Assembly (NCBI GenBank): GCA_000934665.2
Contig: KZ538002.1
Location: 310,001-368,385, forward strand
Direction of reading: 5' to 3'
DNA: 58,385 nt
Source: Catajapyx aquilonaris
Lineage: Eukaryota
The notes below the pieces were generated by a model. That model made no database searches. It was not told the DNA's origin and saw only the letters and a list, made by a program, of their open reading frames with translations. Of the stretch, positions 1 to 12,400 are shown piece after piece. The translations under genes were made by a program, and so were the position numbers. Positions within the stretch are counted from its first letter, which is position 1. Every line of letters starts with the position of its first letter.

Positions 1-3000
1 CTGTACGGCGCACATCACTGCACATCAAAGCAGTATAAGGTCATCCAGTAAGTTTACTTAGAATGCGCTTATAAAATAATCGCCCGCAGTCCTGCAGCAT
101 TCGTGTGTATATAGTCAGCGATACAGTATGGGTGCGCAGTGCTTCAAATGGCACAAGAAACGACAGATTGAATCTTGATAGCTGTATTACCCAGCCGCGT
201 TACATTATGCAAATAATCACCCCTCAATATTTAAAGGGCTGCCTTCTTTTTCAACAAATTCCGTCCCGCTTTCTCATCAGACATAAAGTAATCTTTGCAT
301 CCATTAAGTCCGGGGCCAGAAGCCAGGAGAATTACTACCCAAGTTGGCTCACAAAATTTCATAACAACCCGGGCTCTGAAAACCACAGTTATTCCTGCAG
401 TTTACTGTTATAGCTCTTAGGAGAGGTCCGTGGCGATATGAAGAAATCATCCCAAGCCCCTGCAACCCAACCAGCAGCTGATAATTACCCTGCTGAGGTT
501 TCGCATTGCCAACTCCTCAGGAGCCCCAACAATACCACCTCCCCTGCTTTCAATTAAAAAGATGCCATTATTACATGGGGAGCCCAGGGAAAAAATGTGT
601 ATGGAGGGGAAGAATAAGACAGTTGTGAAGAAAAAAAAATCAATGTCTTCCATTACCGAGAAAAGTAATTATTTTGATATAAATCACGAGGGCTGACAGT
701 TGGTGGTGCAATTTTGATTAAAAAAAGCTTTAGGGGCCTGTAATGTACCTGAATATCAATAAAGTGAAATGAATCCCCTTCCCAGGCTGGGGCGAGCTGT
801 TGCCTCCCAAATGTAACCCAGGGTGTGCCCTCCTTCTTTTTTTATTTCTATTTTTTGGGGAGAGGAGGAGGAGGAGGAGGGAGGGTGGGGGGGATGCATT
901 TGACATATCAAAGAAGTTTCATCAACAAGAAAATGTAATTTGCGAAATAGAAACCCGGGAGTTGGAGTCAGGCGCGCGCGTGTTGGGCTGGAGTGAAGTG
1001 AAAATTAATGATGAAGTGCTTGCAACCCTCCCCGGTTTTCTCCCCGCCTGCCCCTACCTACAGCGCAGAGATTGTGATTCATCAATAGTTGAGAGTCCAT
1101 ATCGCACCGCAGCACAATTTTCTAGGTCCATAAATTTGGAGCGGTCAGAAGTTCTAATGGCAGATTTCCTGCACTTCTTGGGTCTTCCTTGTGTTTGGCT
1201 GTAGATTGATGAAACACATCCTGCAGGCAGGGGGAGGGCGTCTTGAGGGGTTATTCCCCATCCAGCCAAGTCCTTCCGAATGCGCTTTTCCTGTTTGTGT
1301 GCCCAGGGCCATTATAGAGAGAGCCATCAACGCCCAGACCTCAACCCTTTTGGCTCCGAAACCTAATGATGTTACGGAGGAAGCAGCTCCCTGCCTGCTG
1401 CCTCCTTCCATTGGATTATGTACCTGCAAGCGGGCGTTCCCCAGCTGTCTCTTGGGCTAATTATCAATTAGCCCAAGAGACAAAATTGCAACCAACGCCG
1501 GCAGTTCATCACCTTTCGACAGGGTCGAGTTCACCTTTTCAGGGCCGCTCACCCAAGACGCTACTGCTGCATGTCATGCCCTCCAAAGAAAACCAGGAGG
1601 AGCTATTTGCCACATTCCGGATATCGATAGTACCGGTGGTCATCAACGGCCATGACCTGCTATTGTTTCGGGGGGGAAAACAAAGTTGGAAATTGCAACC
1701 CCCACCACTCTGACAATGACAATCAAAATATGCGGTGGGGAAGTATAAACAAAAGTGACATCATAATAATTAAATAACATTCATTTACATTTTACACAAA
1801 TCCAACAGTAACTCATTCCAGCATTTCTCTTTTGTCCGGTGTATTCCATATTAATTTACACATTTTGCCGCTTTCATTTATTGTGCAGGCCTATTATGTG
1901 CGGGCGGGATTTGCAATATTTTGGGGAGCTAAATACTGTAGCCGATATACAAGAAAGTTTTTGTTTTTACAAATTATTTATTGTACATTCGGGAGATATC
2001 ATTAGCCCATTGTTGGCACGGTTCAATTGTTGGCGCCGAGCCATTTGACAACCGATCACGGGTTTATTGGGCAAGAATGTTGACCCAAAGCCGGGTGTGT
2101 AAGTGCAAGTGCAAGCAGTGTAATAGCTGGGCTTTGGGAGGTGAAAATACCCCGGCCAGGCCTCGGCATTACTCATTTTCAGCCACCAAAATTCACCCGC
2201 GCGATGTTTATTTGTTTGCCTTTCGGCTAACAGGAGGAGATAAACTCAAAATAAGTGGTGATGGAAGCAGGGAGAGAGAGAGATAGATATAGATGGGAGG
2301 GGAAAAATGGCACCATCGGTTCTTGTAATCCCGGAGCCGCAGAGTTTTTGATGGTATGCCATTTATTTTCATGCAGAGAATAGTCGACGCTAGTTTGCAA
2401 TTATGATGCTCAACTGAATTAGAATCATATGAACGGATTTCGCAAGCCGCATCGACGCTGAGGTGGCAGAATATGAAGGGGGGGATGTGTTTTTCGAGAG
2501 CTGATCATTTTTTTTTTGCCAACGCTCCGCAAGCATTTGCAAAGATTTACATTCATCACGCGATTATCCTTTAGGAGATATGCACACTTGTGTCATTTTT
2601 AATTGCTAGTGCTACCCGTGAATACCAAAAAGCCCAGCAGGTTCTCGGAATATCTTGGGCAATATACCGTATACAGCTTAATTATATTTAGTAGAAATAT
2701 CCCATATTCCAACCAGATCTGTAACTGGCAGCTATGTCATGATAACGAGAATCGCCTGTTAATCATTATGTAACGAAGCCGACATTTTCTCAGAAATTCC
2801 CAAGGATATTCCAAGTGACCTATTTAGTATCATCCTATACACTACTGTATATCGGAGCACCTTTGTAAAGGTCAGTCTGTTGCGAAAAATGGGACGCAGT
2901 TTTGTGTTACAGAAAACAAGGCCTGCAATTTCAGTCGTGTTTACAAATTGGGAGACCTGATTTTTGAGCATCCAGTCAAAACATGACCTGAATTGCTGCT

Positions 3001-5064
3001 GAGTAGCAAAAGGTGGGTCCGAATGGTTGCCTAAGGTTCGGGATGACTCTTTTCTGCCCCTCTCCTAAGTCAATTTTTGCAAAAACAAAAATTTGGAACG
3101 CTAATTTCTCCGGGTAATTAGCTCGGAAATAATAATTTCAAGCCTACCGTACCGTAACGTCGTCGAAACCAGTGTCATTTAGCCGAAATGGATCAGCGAG
3201 CCCGGAAACAAATGAACTCTTGCGTGCGTTACCCCCCCAGTCCTCTCAAGCCCCCCTCCCCGCCCATTAAAAAAAAAAACTCTCAAACACTCAACCTTGT
3301 GTACGTATGGGTGCTTTGTGTTTGCGATTCAATGTTCTAGCACCAACATCAGTGTGGCGCATTTAATCCTCGCAATACTGCACATTTGTTTGACAGCTCG
3401 GGTAAAATCCCGAAAGTTGAAACTTCTATAATCTATATACCCGTGGCTTTCATTGACTCCATAATGCTAAAGCAAATGCACACTGAGTATGGTATACCTA
3501 CAGCGATCACATTGATTAACATCCGAGTATATATGGGATTTTTTTCTGCTCCACCCCCCACCTCTCCCCACCACCACCAAGCCCTGACTCCCACACACTT
3601 TCAACCCTGGTCTCCCCCATTTTCATGTTGATCGATAGTCCCAGGTGCTGGATTTAATTTCCTTCTACGGTCCCCTTTGACAAATTATAATTTCCTTCGG
3701 ATAGCTGACCTGCATCGTTGGTAATTTCCTCCTGGGCGGCCAGAGTGACGCTGGCCTCCAATTGGACGTGTCGGGGACTTCCATCTAATTGTTGCCAATC
3801 CTGGAATATTCAAATTCCGTATTGACACATGGGAATCCCGGTTGAAACAATCCGTAAGAAAAACAGGCCTCCCTTTTGATAGAGAGACACACCCAGCTAG
3901 GTCCTAGTGCAAACGAAGAGGCCCAGTTTCTCTTTTGAAACCGACATCCAGCAGTGCTGAGTCAAGCTGTCGTCGAGGGAAAAGGGCTGGGGCTGAATTT
4001 CAAATCCTGTTATTCCTTTCGATTATATTCAGCGCGTATGTGAATAGCAAAGTGCCATTTCTTTCCAAAATATTTTCCTTTCATCTCCCGCGATATAAAG
4101 TTTGCATCAGGCTGTTTTAATACTTGGATTTCTAATCGAGTTTCAGGCCTTATGCAAATAGTGCAGTTCATCCGGCACGATATCCACCCCCGCCCTCAGA
4201 GTGTACTTTTCAGGACACCCATTATCTGGAGTTGTCCAAGTAGCCTAACTACATATCTAAGAAGCATCAAAATCCGGTATAGGAAAAGTGCTTTCCGGAT
4301 AATGCTACATATTTATTCTTTCTGTTTTTCCACATTTCGTATGCGACTGTTCAAAACCCACCCCGGGAACATTATGCTTACCATAATGTTCCAATTGGTG
4401 GCAGAAGCAGCTTGGAAGCAGCAGGAGGAAGGAGGATGGCCTTCAATTAGGGAACACAATCATGCGTAGCCATTTATGCTCCATTTCCACAAGATATTAA
4501 AATGCGGCGGATTTGCATAACAATAATGCTCACTGCGGCCTTCATATTGCCCGAGGTGATGGCAGGGAGGGGGCGCTCAAAGTCTTCCATGTGTGTTTTA
4601 GATTTAAATGCTAATTAAGATCTTGGAGAAACAAGTAAATCATTCTGAAATCTGAAAAATAACAATGCCAGAGGTGAGTTTGGGGGGAAGGGAGAGTAAA
4701 GGCCTGAGAGAGAATCCAGTTTCTAACTGAAGGAAGTTTCAGCTTTTTGCCTACCTGCTGCACACTACAGAGTTGGCCATGTTTTTCTTACTCCGCCATT
4801 TTTACAGTTCAATCTAATTTTACACACAACTTGTGCTTGCTTGGAAATCTTTCAACACATTAATGACTTAGTTATGCTCGCAAGTAATTAGAATCTCGAT
4901 CAAACTGAAAACAAGCCGTGAATATTTTGCACTCTGTAGTCCCCATGTATTTTTAATCCTGCGGTTGCGACTGGGGAGTCCACTAGGGAGCACCATTTTT
5001 GCTTTTCTCCCTGATGGCGTCTTAGGCGCTGATTATAATTCTCTTCCTGTCTCTCGCTTTACAG

Positions 5065-5148
5065 CGGAACTCAAAATGGAAATCCTGCGGGAGCGAGAGG
5101 TGCGGGAGAATCTGGAGAAACAACTCATAGAGGAGCAGAAAATCAGAG
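5065..5148 (+). CDS. dac: dachshund coding exon A (internal, 84 nt, phase 1-1), DD2/Dachbox-C coiled coil
   Basis: Acceptor ctcttcctgtctctcgctttacag| and donor |gtaagt. Encodes ELKMEILREREVRENLEKQLIEEQKIR, which I recognise as the DACH DD2 motif (vertebrate DACH1 ELKMDFLRERELRETLEKQL, from memory). The upstream exons lie outside the window. Confidence 0.96.
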
Positions 5149-8100
5149 GTAAGTCGTCCATTTTCCTCTAGAGGGTTTTGGGGCTTCGTAAGACTAGATT
5201 GACATTTGGGCAAAATGTCAGGGGCTTCCATTGATCGAGGAAGTGGTGATAAATGCGTCTCCAGGTTCACTTTTTTTCTATCCTCCATCCCTGTCTAACT
5301 GGCCTTCCCAAAGTTGTGCAGCGCCACTCAAAAAAGCCGATCGAAATCGACTTTGCGGCACAAAAGATTCTCCTCAAGGAGTTGTGCCAATGGGGGCCTG
5401 CCGGATTCTAAATGCCGCACAATAGGGGGATAAATCGTTATTCCACCAGAGGGAGGGATTAGCTTTCACGGGGCATTGTTGTCCTGGACGAAAAATAGGG
5501 TTGTTTGTAAGCCTTGCGCTTGGGCGGTATTGAGCAATCAGGAGTTTGCACCAAAGGACTGACTCGACTCATAAACACCAACCACACTGTAATAATAGGG
5601 CCGCCAGGATGTTAGTCGCAAAACGAAAATAATGATGTTCAATTAAAACGATTTGGAGGAGGGGGGGGGGGCTTTTCAGTTGTTCTGTTCAATTCTGCTC
5701 TAATTAGCGGAGGATTGAATAACATGCGGGGACCAAAAAAAAGGTGTTCATTACAGTGCTCTTCAATAATGGGTGTCCCATGCCAAGTGAGCTAAGAAGG
5801 GCGTGGAGGTGGGGAGCCACTAGAATACTGTCACATTAGCCCTATATTGGCTGGCCTTTTCCTTACATGCGTTTTAATTTCCCAAATTAGCCGCCGATTT
5901 AAATTTCCCCATACTTTTTGAAGTGAGCCTTAATGAGGACACGAGTCTTAAGGTAATTGGCGGCATTTTTCCCTCCCTTTTCCCCTCCCTGTCTTTGACC
6001 GGGTGGTGAAGAAAGGACCAATTAAGAGGCTGAGTCACGCCGCCATCAGCACTGATCTTGTTAGTCCAGTAAAAGGGAAAGATTGGGTCCAGAAGAGGCT
6101 GAAAATGTTGTCCGAATGGAGCGAATCCTAGGACAGGGGGGCTATAGCAAGCAGGGGCTGAGTATATCTCTCTGAGAACCGGAGCCGGGACTAAATCGGT
6201 GGGCACAAAGCATCGCCACGCAGTAATTTGCTGTCGGCTTCATCCTCTGCAGGACAATTAAAGGTAACGCATCAAACGAGTCCAATCCGATTAGCGAAAA
6301 GTGGCCGCCGGAGCGCGCAGCAGGCTTGTGTTTTGCGGATGGGGGGAGGGTTTGTTTCCAGGCTTTGGATGGGTGGACTGCTGCTACAGGAGAGACCAAG
6401 AGCCCAGGCTCCCACAAGGACTCAGGTCATGACCCTGTCGCGGTCATGCCTCCTGCGATTTCAGTTTGCAGATTGGTGATCACATTGTTTGCTTTTGGAA
6501 CAACCGACTCTCGCACGCTGTGTAAGCTGCCGCTAGGAGGCGGGCCTGACACTCGACAATATACGCAATTACCATAGAAATGTTTACTTTTAGAGTTTAT
6601 TTACTAAATATAGTTACCACGACGATGAAGACGATTCAGGCTGCAAGTTTGCTGAATAGCCTAGTCGGTAGATGTCGTTGCTCCGGAATATGCATATTGC
6701 AGAGCCACCACCGGTGTTCCAGTGAACGCCTAGGAGCCTTGCAATTGAAATCGCCTTCATTTTTGCCCGAATTTATAAAAAAATTAAACATACGAACTGC
6801 AGAACTAGTGAATAATTCCGAAAGAACAGCAAGCTGACATGCCAAAAAAAAATTGGCGACCGAAGGCAAAAAGTAAATAACAGAAACCAACATGCAAATA
6901 AGAGAGAGCAAACAGCAATGTTTGTAGCACTAACCAGAGGATAAAGCAATGCATAATATGGCAATATTGCGTGTGCAGTAGTAAATTAGGGCTGGTCATC
7001 AAAAACCATGACGTTGACAATCAAAATATCGACACGTTCGCAAAGGCGTCACAATGTTGGAGAGCTGCTGATTATTTTATCCCCAGTTATGCGCACCCGA
7101 CGGTTTAAATGTGGGATAATTTTTGCGACCGCGGGCTATCTTCATATAAGATTCTGAAGAGTGTCTGAACTAACTGGACAATCAAACTTATCGCGAAACT
7201 GATCTGAAAAGGAACATGGTAATCTTGCATCGACTTATGGCAAACTGACATTTTCATGTGATAAACAAAAGCATGCCAGGAGGTAGTCATTTAGGTGTCA
7301 AATGTGACAGTACACCTACAGCACCTGCATAAGCCAGTATTCAGTGCCTATACGCCTTTTCGAGTTAAAAAAATAAATAAAAAGCAGCGAGGCGATTTAA
7401 TAATCTCCCTTTGATGTTGCTTCTTTAAGCCCTCCTTAGAATGCATGTGTATGTTATCAGGGTAGCTCTTTGACATTAAAAAAATACAGCTTCATTATGG
7501 ATCTAATGTCAAAGTATCGACACTTACCACAACGCGGTATAATTGCGGGCTGTGTATGAGGTATTATCCGTAGTAATAAAAAATGACAAAAAGGGTCAAG
7601 TTGTTCTGTCCATTGACAATAGGAGCATGAACAGGACCACATTTCCACAAGCCCATTGACGCATTGTCAGGAGCCCGAGGTGGGGGAAAAATTTTCCACA
7701 GGAAAAATTTTTGTAAGCAGAATTAAGCAGAAAGCTTCTGGGTGGAGAACGGGCTCTATATCGCATTTACAGTGCCTACCAAATCCTTTTTGTTAGTTCT
7801 GCTAATCCCATAATCAAAGACCACTATTGCATTAAGTAGAGATGCGCAGAGAACCGCACAAACACACTATCGAGAGGGATGTTCGGCATTGTCAATTTAA
7901 CAGTCCCCCGGACCCGGCAACATTATTCAAGGGCTTCCCAATCATGGTTCGTGTACATCAGACTCACCACATCAGAGTGTGGACACAGGTTGCTCCATCA
8001 GAAATAAAATGAGCTACCAAATGGGCCAGGTCCAAAAACTGGCCTTATAAGCACGGGTTTTTTCCAGAAAATGAGGGAAAACAGTTTTTATAATCATGTT

Positions 8101-9248
8101 GACATATCAGCATGTGAGAAGGTGTCACGTGATATGCACCTATGTCCCTCGGGGCAAATGCAATTTCCGGCGAAATATTTTTGAGACGATTTTTCACCCA
8201 ATGGTGGATGACATATGAGCAAACAGAAATTCATCATTGGCCCCCAGGGTATTGATAGGGAATAAGTCAACATTGGCAGCGACACACTCTGGCAGCCCAA
8301 TCCATTCCTGGAAGGGCGGGCTGCGAAGAGTCGGCAAACCGACTGTCAGGGTGACATACGAGGAAATTCGTGGGTCACCAGGGGACAAAGGAGGGTGTGG
8401 TTATCTTTGCTTTCATTTTCAGGAGAGTTCTTGTGTTGTAAGGAACATGCTCCTTCGTGCATCTCTGCACATCCTGAGGTTCACTCACTTATAATTTGGC
8501 ATGGAAATGTAGCAATCATGTCCGGCAATCTTGCAGGCATCATTGCCTACGAAACACTTGATTATAGTGTCAAATGCCTCAGGATGTGTGACGTACGTCC
8601 TCTTTTTCCGCCTCCCCAGCTTTGTTCCGAAGAGATCCGACAAGAAGCGATTTTCTCCGAGGACAGGTGCCATACGGCTTGGCTCGGACATGTTCCACTC
8701 CAGTCACCCTTTCCCCCACTTATGCTAGGTTTGGAAAATACTGGGCTTCCATGTTGTTGTTATGATGGCGGGCGGATGTGACGGCGTCAACTGGCTGCCA
8801 CTTACCAATCAAGCTGACAGCCCATGACGCCTTTCTCCCTCCCTCCCTCTCTCCTCCACCCCCTACTACTAACCCCTTATTCGCACTGATCACCAAGCCC
8901 TTTTTCCACACTTTCACCCCATCCAAAGCTTCCATTGCTCTGGGAAAATTGCGCTGATCCTCTATTGTGTCGGAAACTGAAGGCGTTGCCTGTCTCTTTT
9001 CATGTGGATTTTTTTGGGCCCCCCTAAAACCAGGCGTGGAGGTAATGATAGGCAGAAAAAATTGGGGGGTATTTATCACGGCTTCAATTTTTACCTATTG
9101 ATTTTCAGAGGCAGAGGGGAACCGAATGTCTGCCCATTTCCGATCGGTCCAGATCAGGAGAGCTGTCCATTTTGTTACAGCCTCAGGCACAACCATCAAA
9201 CTCCTCCATTTTTATAAATGGATCAACACAGAAATTTTCCTCAACTCG

Positions 9249-9407
9249 TGTGGAAAAATCCAGTCATTTTTGAAATCACATGTGGACAAATCTAGCCAAA
9301 TTTGAATTGACATACTTTAGGTGGACAAATCCATCCAATTTTGAATTGACATATGTGAACAAATTCATCAATTTCCTGAATTCAAACGTGTGGATAAATT
9401 TCATTTT
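9249..9407. repeat. degenerate minisatellite, about 5 copies of a 32-40 bp unit (tgtggacaaatccatccaattttgaattgaca-like)
   Basis: Recurring gtggaaaaat/gtggacaaat/gtgaacaaat/gtggataaat, mostly followed by a tgaatt-like motif, at roughly regular spacing. Confidence 0.8.
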
Positions 9408-12400
9408 GTGCATCAGCATATACTGAAATTAATTTCCAGTCAGAGCACTATGCATCCTGATATAACCTTTATAAGTGCGGGTGAATGCCACTCAGGGCAG
9501 CATGCTAGATAGCATTATATCAAAAGCACGTTTCAATCATAACCCTTATGTGTGCATACTGGCACTGAAGTGGGGTAGTGAATGCATTAATTTCCATTGC
9601 CTAGTTCCATTATTATACGCTTCTGGCCAAAGAAACGTCAGTCAAATTTCATCCCACGCTCAAGTCTGAATTGGAATGTGCGTATTACCATTGGGAAGGA
9701 TAGAAGGAAAACAAACGTACGGTCAATCAGAATCTACCGTGTGGTTTCATTTTCCTTTTAACCTCCTCCTCCTCCTCCATGACTGAACACCACCCACCCA
9801 CGCCCATCTCATGTGAGTGAAGTTTTGTTTGTAGCTGCGTGTGGATATCTGTGGTTAGAGCAAGCAATCCATCTAAAGCTTTACAGAAGGCCAGTATTTG
9901 GTAGAGGAGGGGAAAGGCACTCGAGATGATTGAGAGTGTGACGTCACTGACGTGTAGACGCAAAACACCCTCGATATTCAAAAAGCTTGGTGCAGAAATA
10001 CGCCTTACGAATTCGCCTCATCCACTCCTGAATAAGCAATAAAAGTAGATCAGAGGTGGGTGGTAGGTAGGGTGTGGATCAAAAGCCATCCATCTGTATT
10101 AAACCCTGATCGTTGCAATTATGGTCCTTTTTCCCCCCGTCTGGATATTACGGGAAAACTCACGAAATCTTATTTTCTACCCCCCGTGTGTTCTTTTTTT
10201 CCTCTTCATCCTTGTTCCCTCTTTCTTTTATACTTTTTTTTGTTCCATTCCAAACGGGTGATATTTTAGAGGAGCAGGTCTAATTATAAAGCGCCCGGTT
10301 TTCTTCATCAAGAATCTCTGAAGATTTCATCTCAGTCGTGTAATAGCTGGAAGTTTTCAGCCATACGCCTCCGAAGGGCTAATAATAAAAGGATAGGAGG
10401 GGGCAATTAAATGTTTGACGTTCAACTTTAGTTTCGGAATGAAGGCAGCAAAAATCTATTATGATACCATTTTGCATATGTAATGAAATGAAGCCAGGGC
10501 GTAATTTCTGCCGAACAACCAAAAGTCATTACGAAAAGCGCAATTGGTTAAACGACCCTCTCACCCCCATCCCCCCCCCCTTCACCTTCCCCACCCTGCA
10601 GCCCCCACCTTCTGCTGCGTAGTCAGGGGGCAATGTTAGATACAGAAACGACGCGCGTTTTAAAATTCTAACAAGGTTTTGAGCAAGCGTTAGAGTAGAG
10701 AAAATAAGAAATGGGAATGGAGGGAGGGAGGGGTCTAAGATGGGGGAGAAAAAGTATTTTATTTAGTTTCTCCCCCACCCCCCGCTTCTCCCCACCCTCC
10801 CCGCCTTTTTTTCCACTTGAACCGAACCGGGCAATTTAAAAGAGTTGAAAACTGTTGCTTTTCCCCGACCAGTGCCGCTTCCTTTGTTTCTGCAGTGCTA
10901 TATCAAAATGGAAATGAAGCAGCTTTTGCAGGGAAATGAGGTTGTAATGTGATGCTCTTATAGCTTAATATGATTCAGCATGGATGGTGGGGAGCGGGGA
11001 GGAGAGGGGAGGTATTTGGGTAATTTTGCAATGGGGGTATACCCTGGTTATAGGTTAGAGAGAGGGGAGGGCAAGGGGGGGGGGGGGTTGGCAAACCCGG
11101 ATGCAGGACCGAAACTTCTGTCAATGTGCGGTGAGAATCCGGTGACATAACTCGAGTCAAGCGGCCGCATCGATATTGGATGAATGCTGCAAATTCCACT
11201 TTAATACTCACACGGGGAGCCCAATCATGTGCAATACTTAGTGTTAATACAAAAATGTGCGGGAGGGCCGATTGAATTATTGGTATATCCTCTTTGAAAT
11301 GTTCGGTCAGTTTGACTCATTACCATCAGTTTTTGAGGTTGGCGGTTTTGGAATAGCGTAAAAATAGCGGTGATGGTGCGGGCATATCAAGTTGGAGATT
11401 GGGTGTTCTGGCCATATTGGACCCTTGGTAATCTTGGGCTCAAATAAGCATCCAGTGTCGATGTGGCTGGGGGGTTGCGCGGGTGGTTGTGCTGTACAAA
11501 GGGATTGTCAACCTGGTAATGCGAACACTATACGCTGCCAATAGCATTTCAAGTCAATGCGTCCGTGAGGACAACAAAAGGAGAGCCTGGCCGTAACGTA
11601 GCGTATCCATTGTGTGCCAAAACTGGCAAACGGCATTTCTGCTCAATAGCCGGCATTATTTAGAACGTTATTTGGAGAGGCGGAATGGCTTTGGGCTCTC
11701 GAACAATGCCGAACAACACAATGTGTGTAGTCTCGCGCTTTTTTGTGTGTGTGTGCGACTCTACGTGTGTTGTCTTCCCCCTCCGATGATTCTTCTTTCA
11801 CTCGGACGCTGTCCAGTTCGAAGGAAAAAAATAATACCCGATCGACTCAAAGTGTGGGCTGAGACACGTGACGTCGAGGGGAACATTAATTTGTTCCCAC
11901 GACATGAACGTCTTGGGGACGGTTTATGTACCGTGCCGTGTAATAATTCATTTTTTATTACGAGAGCCTTGTAACAAAGGAGTTTTTCGCACGGGCAGCC
12001 ACAAGTTTTGAGAGGATTCCTGGAAAGACGTGAAGTTACGCCTAGGTCAGATGGACGGGTTGCATACCCCAGGCGTGTGATGTTGCATAACAATTGTACA
12101 CAAGTCATGATTGATGACAAAGAGGGCCGGAAAGACTTTAGTGTCACCACCAAACCGCATGAGCCGGGGGGGATACAGCTGAATCAGCGTCCAATCGACT
12201 CCCATTCGATAATTGTATATGGCGCCTATAGGCACAGCACCAGTCCTCCCCCTACCATTTAATAATTTCCCAGTTAATTTTGATTTAGTGCCATTTCAGA
12301 ATAGGATTGTTTGATAATTAGTCAAACGTGACTCCTAATTAACATGAAAATGCTCATTTAGCGCTGTCCATATGTTTGTCTGCTCTTCAACTACCAACAC

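Noticed and set aside
1..5064. Preceding dac exon carrying the N-terminal part of DD2 (ETLL.NIQGLLKVA-type motif)
   Set aside because: Not found by eye in this interval; it presumably lies upstream of the window.
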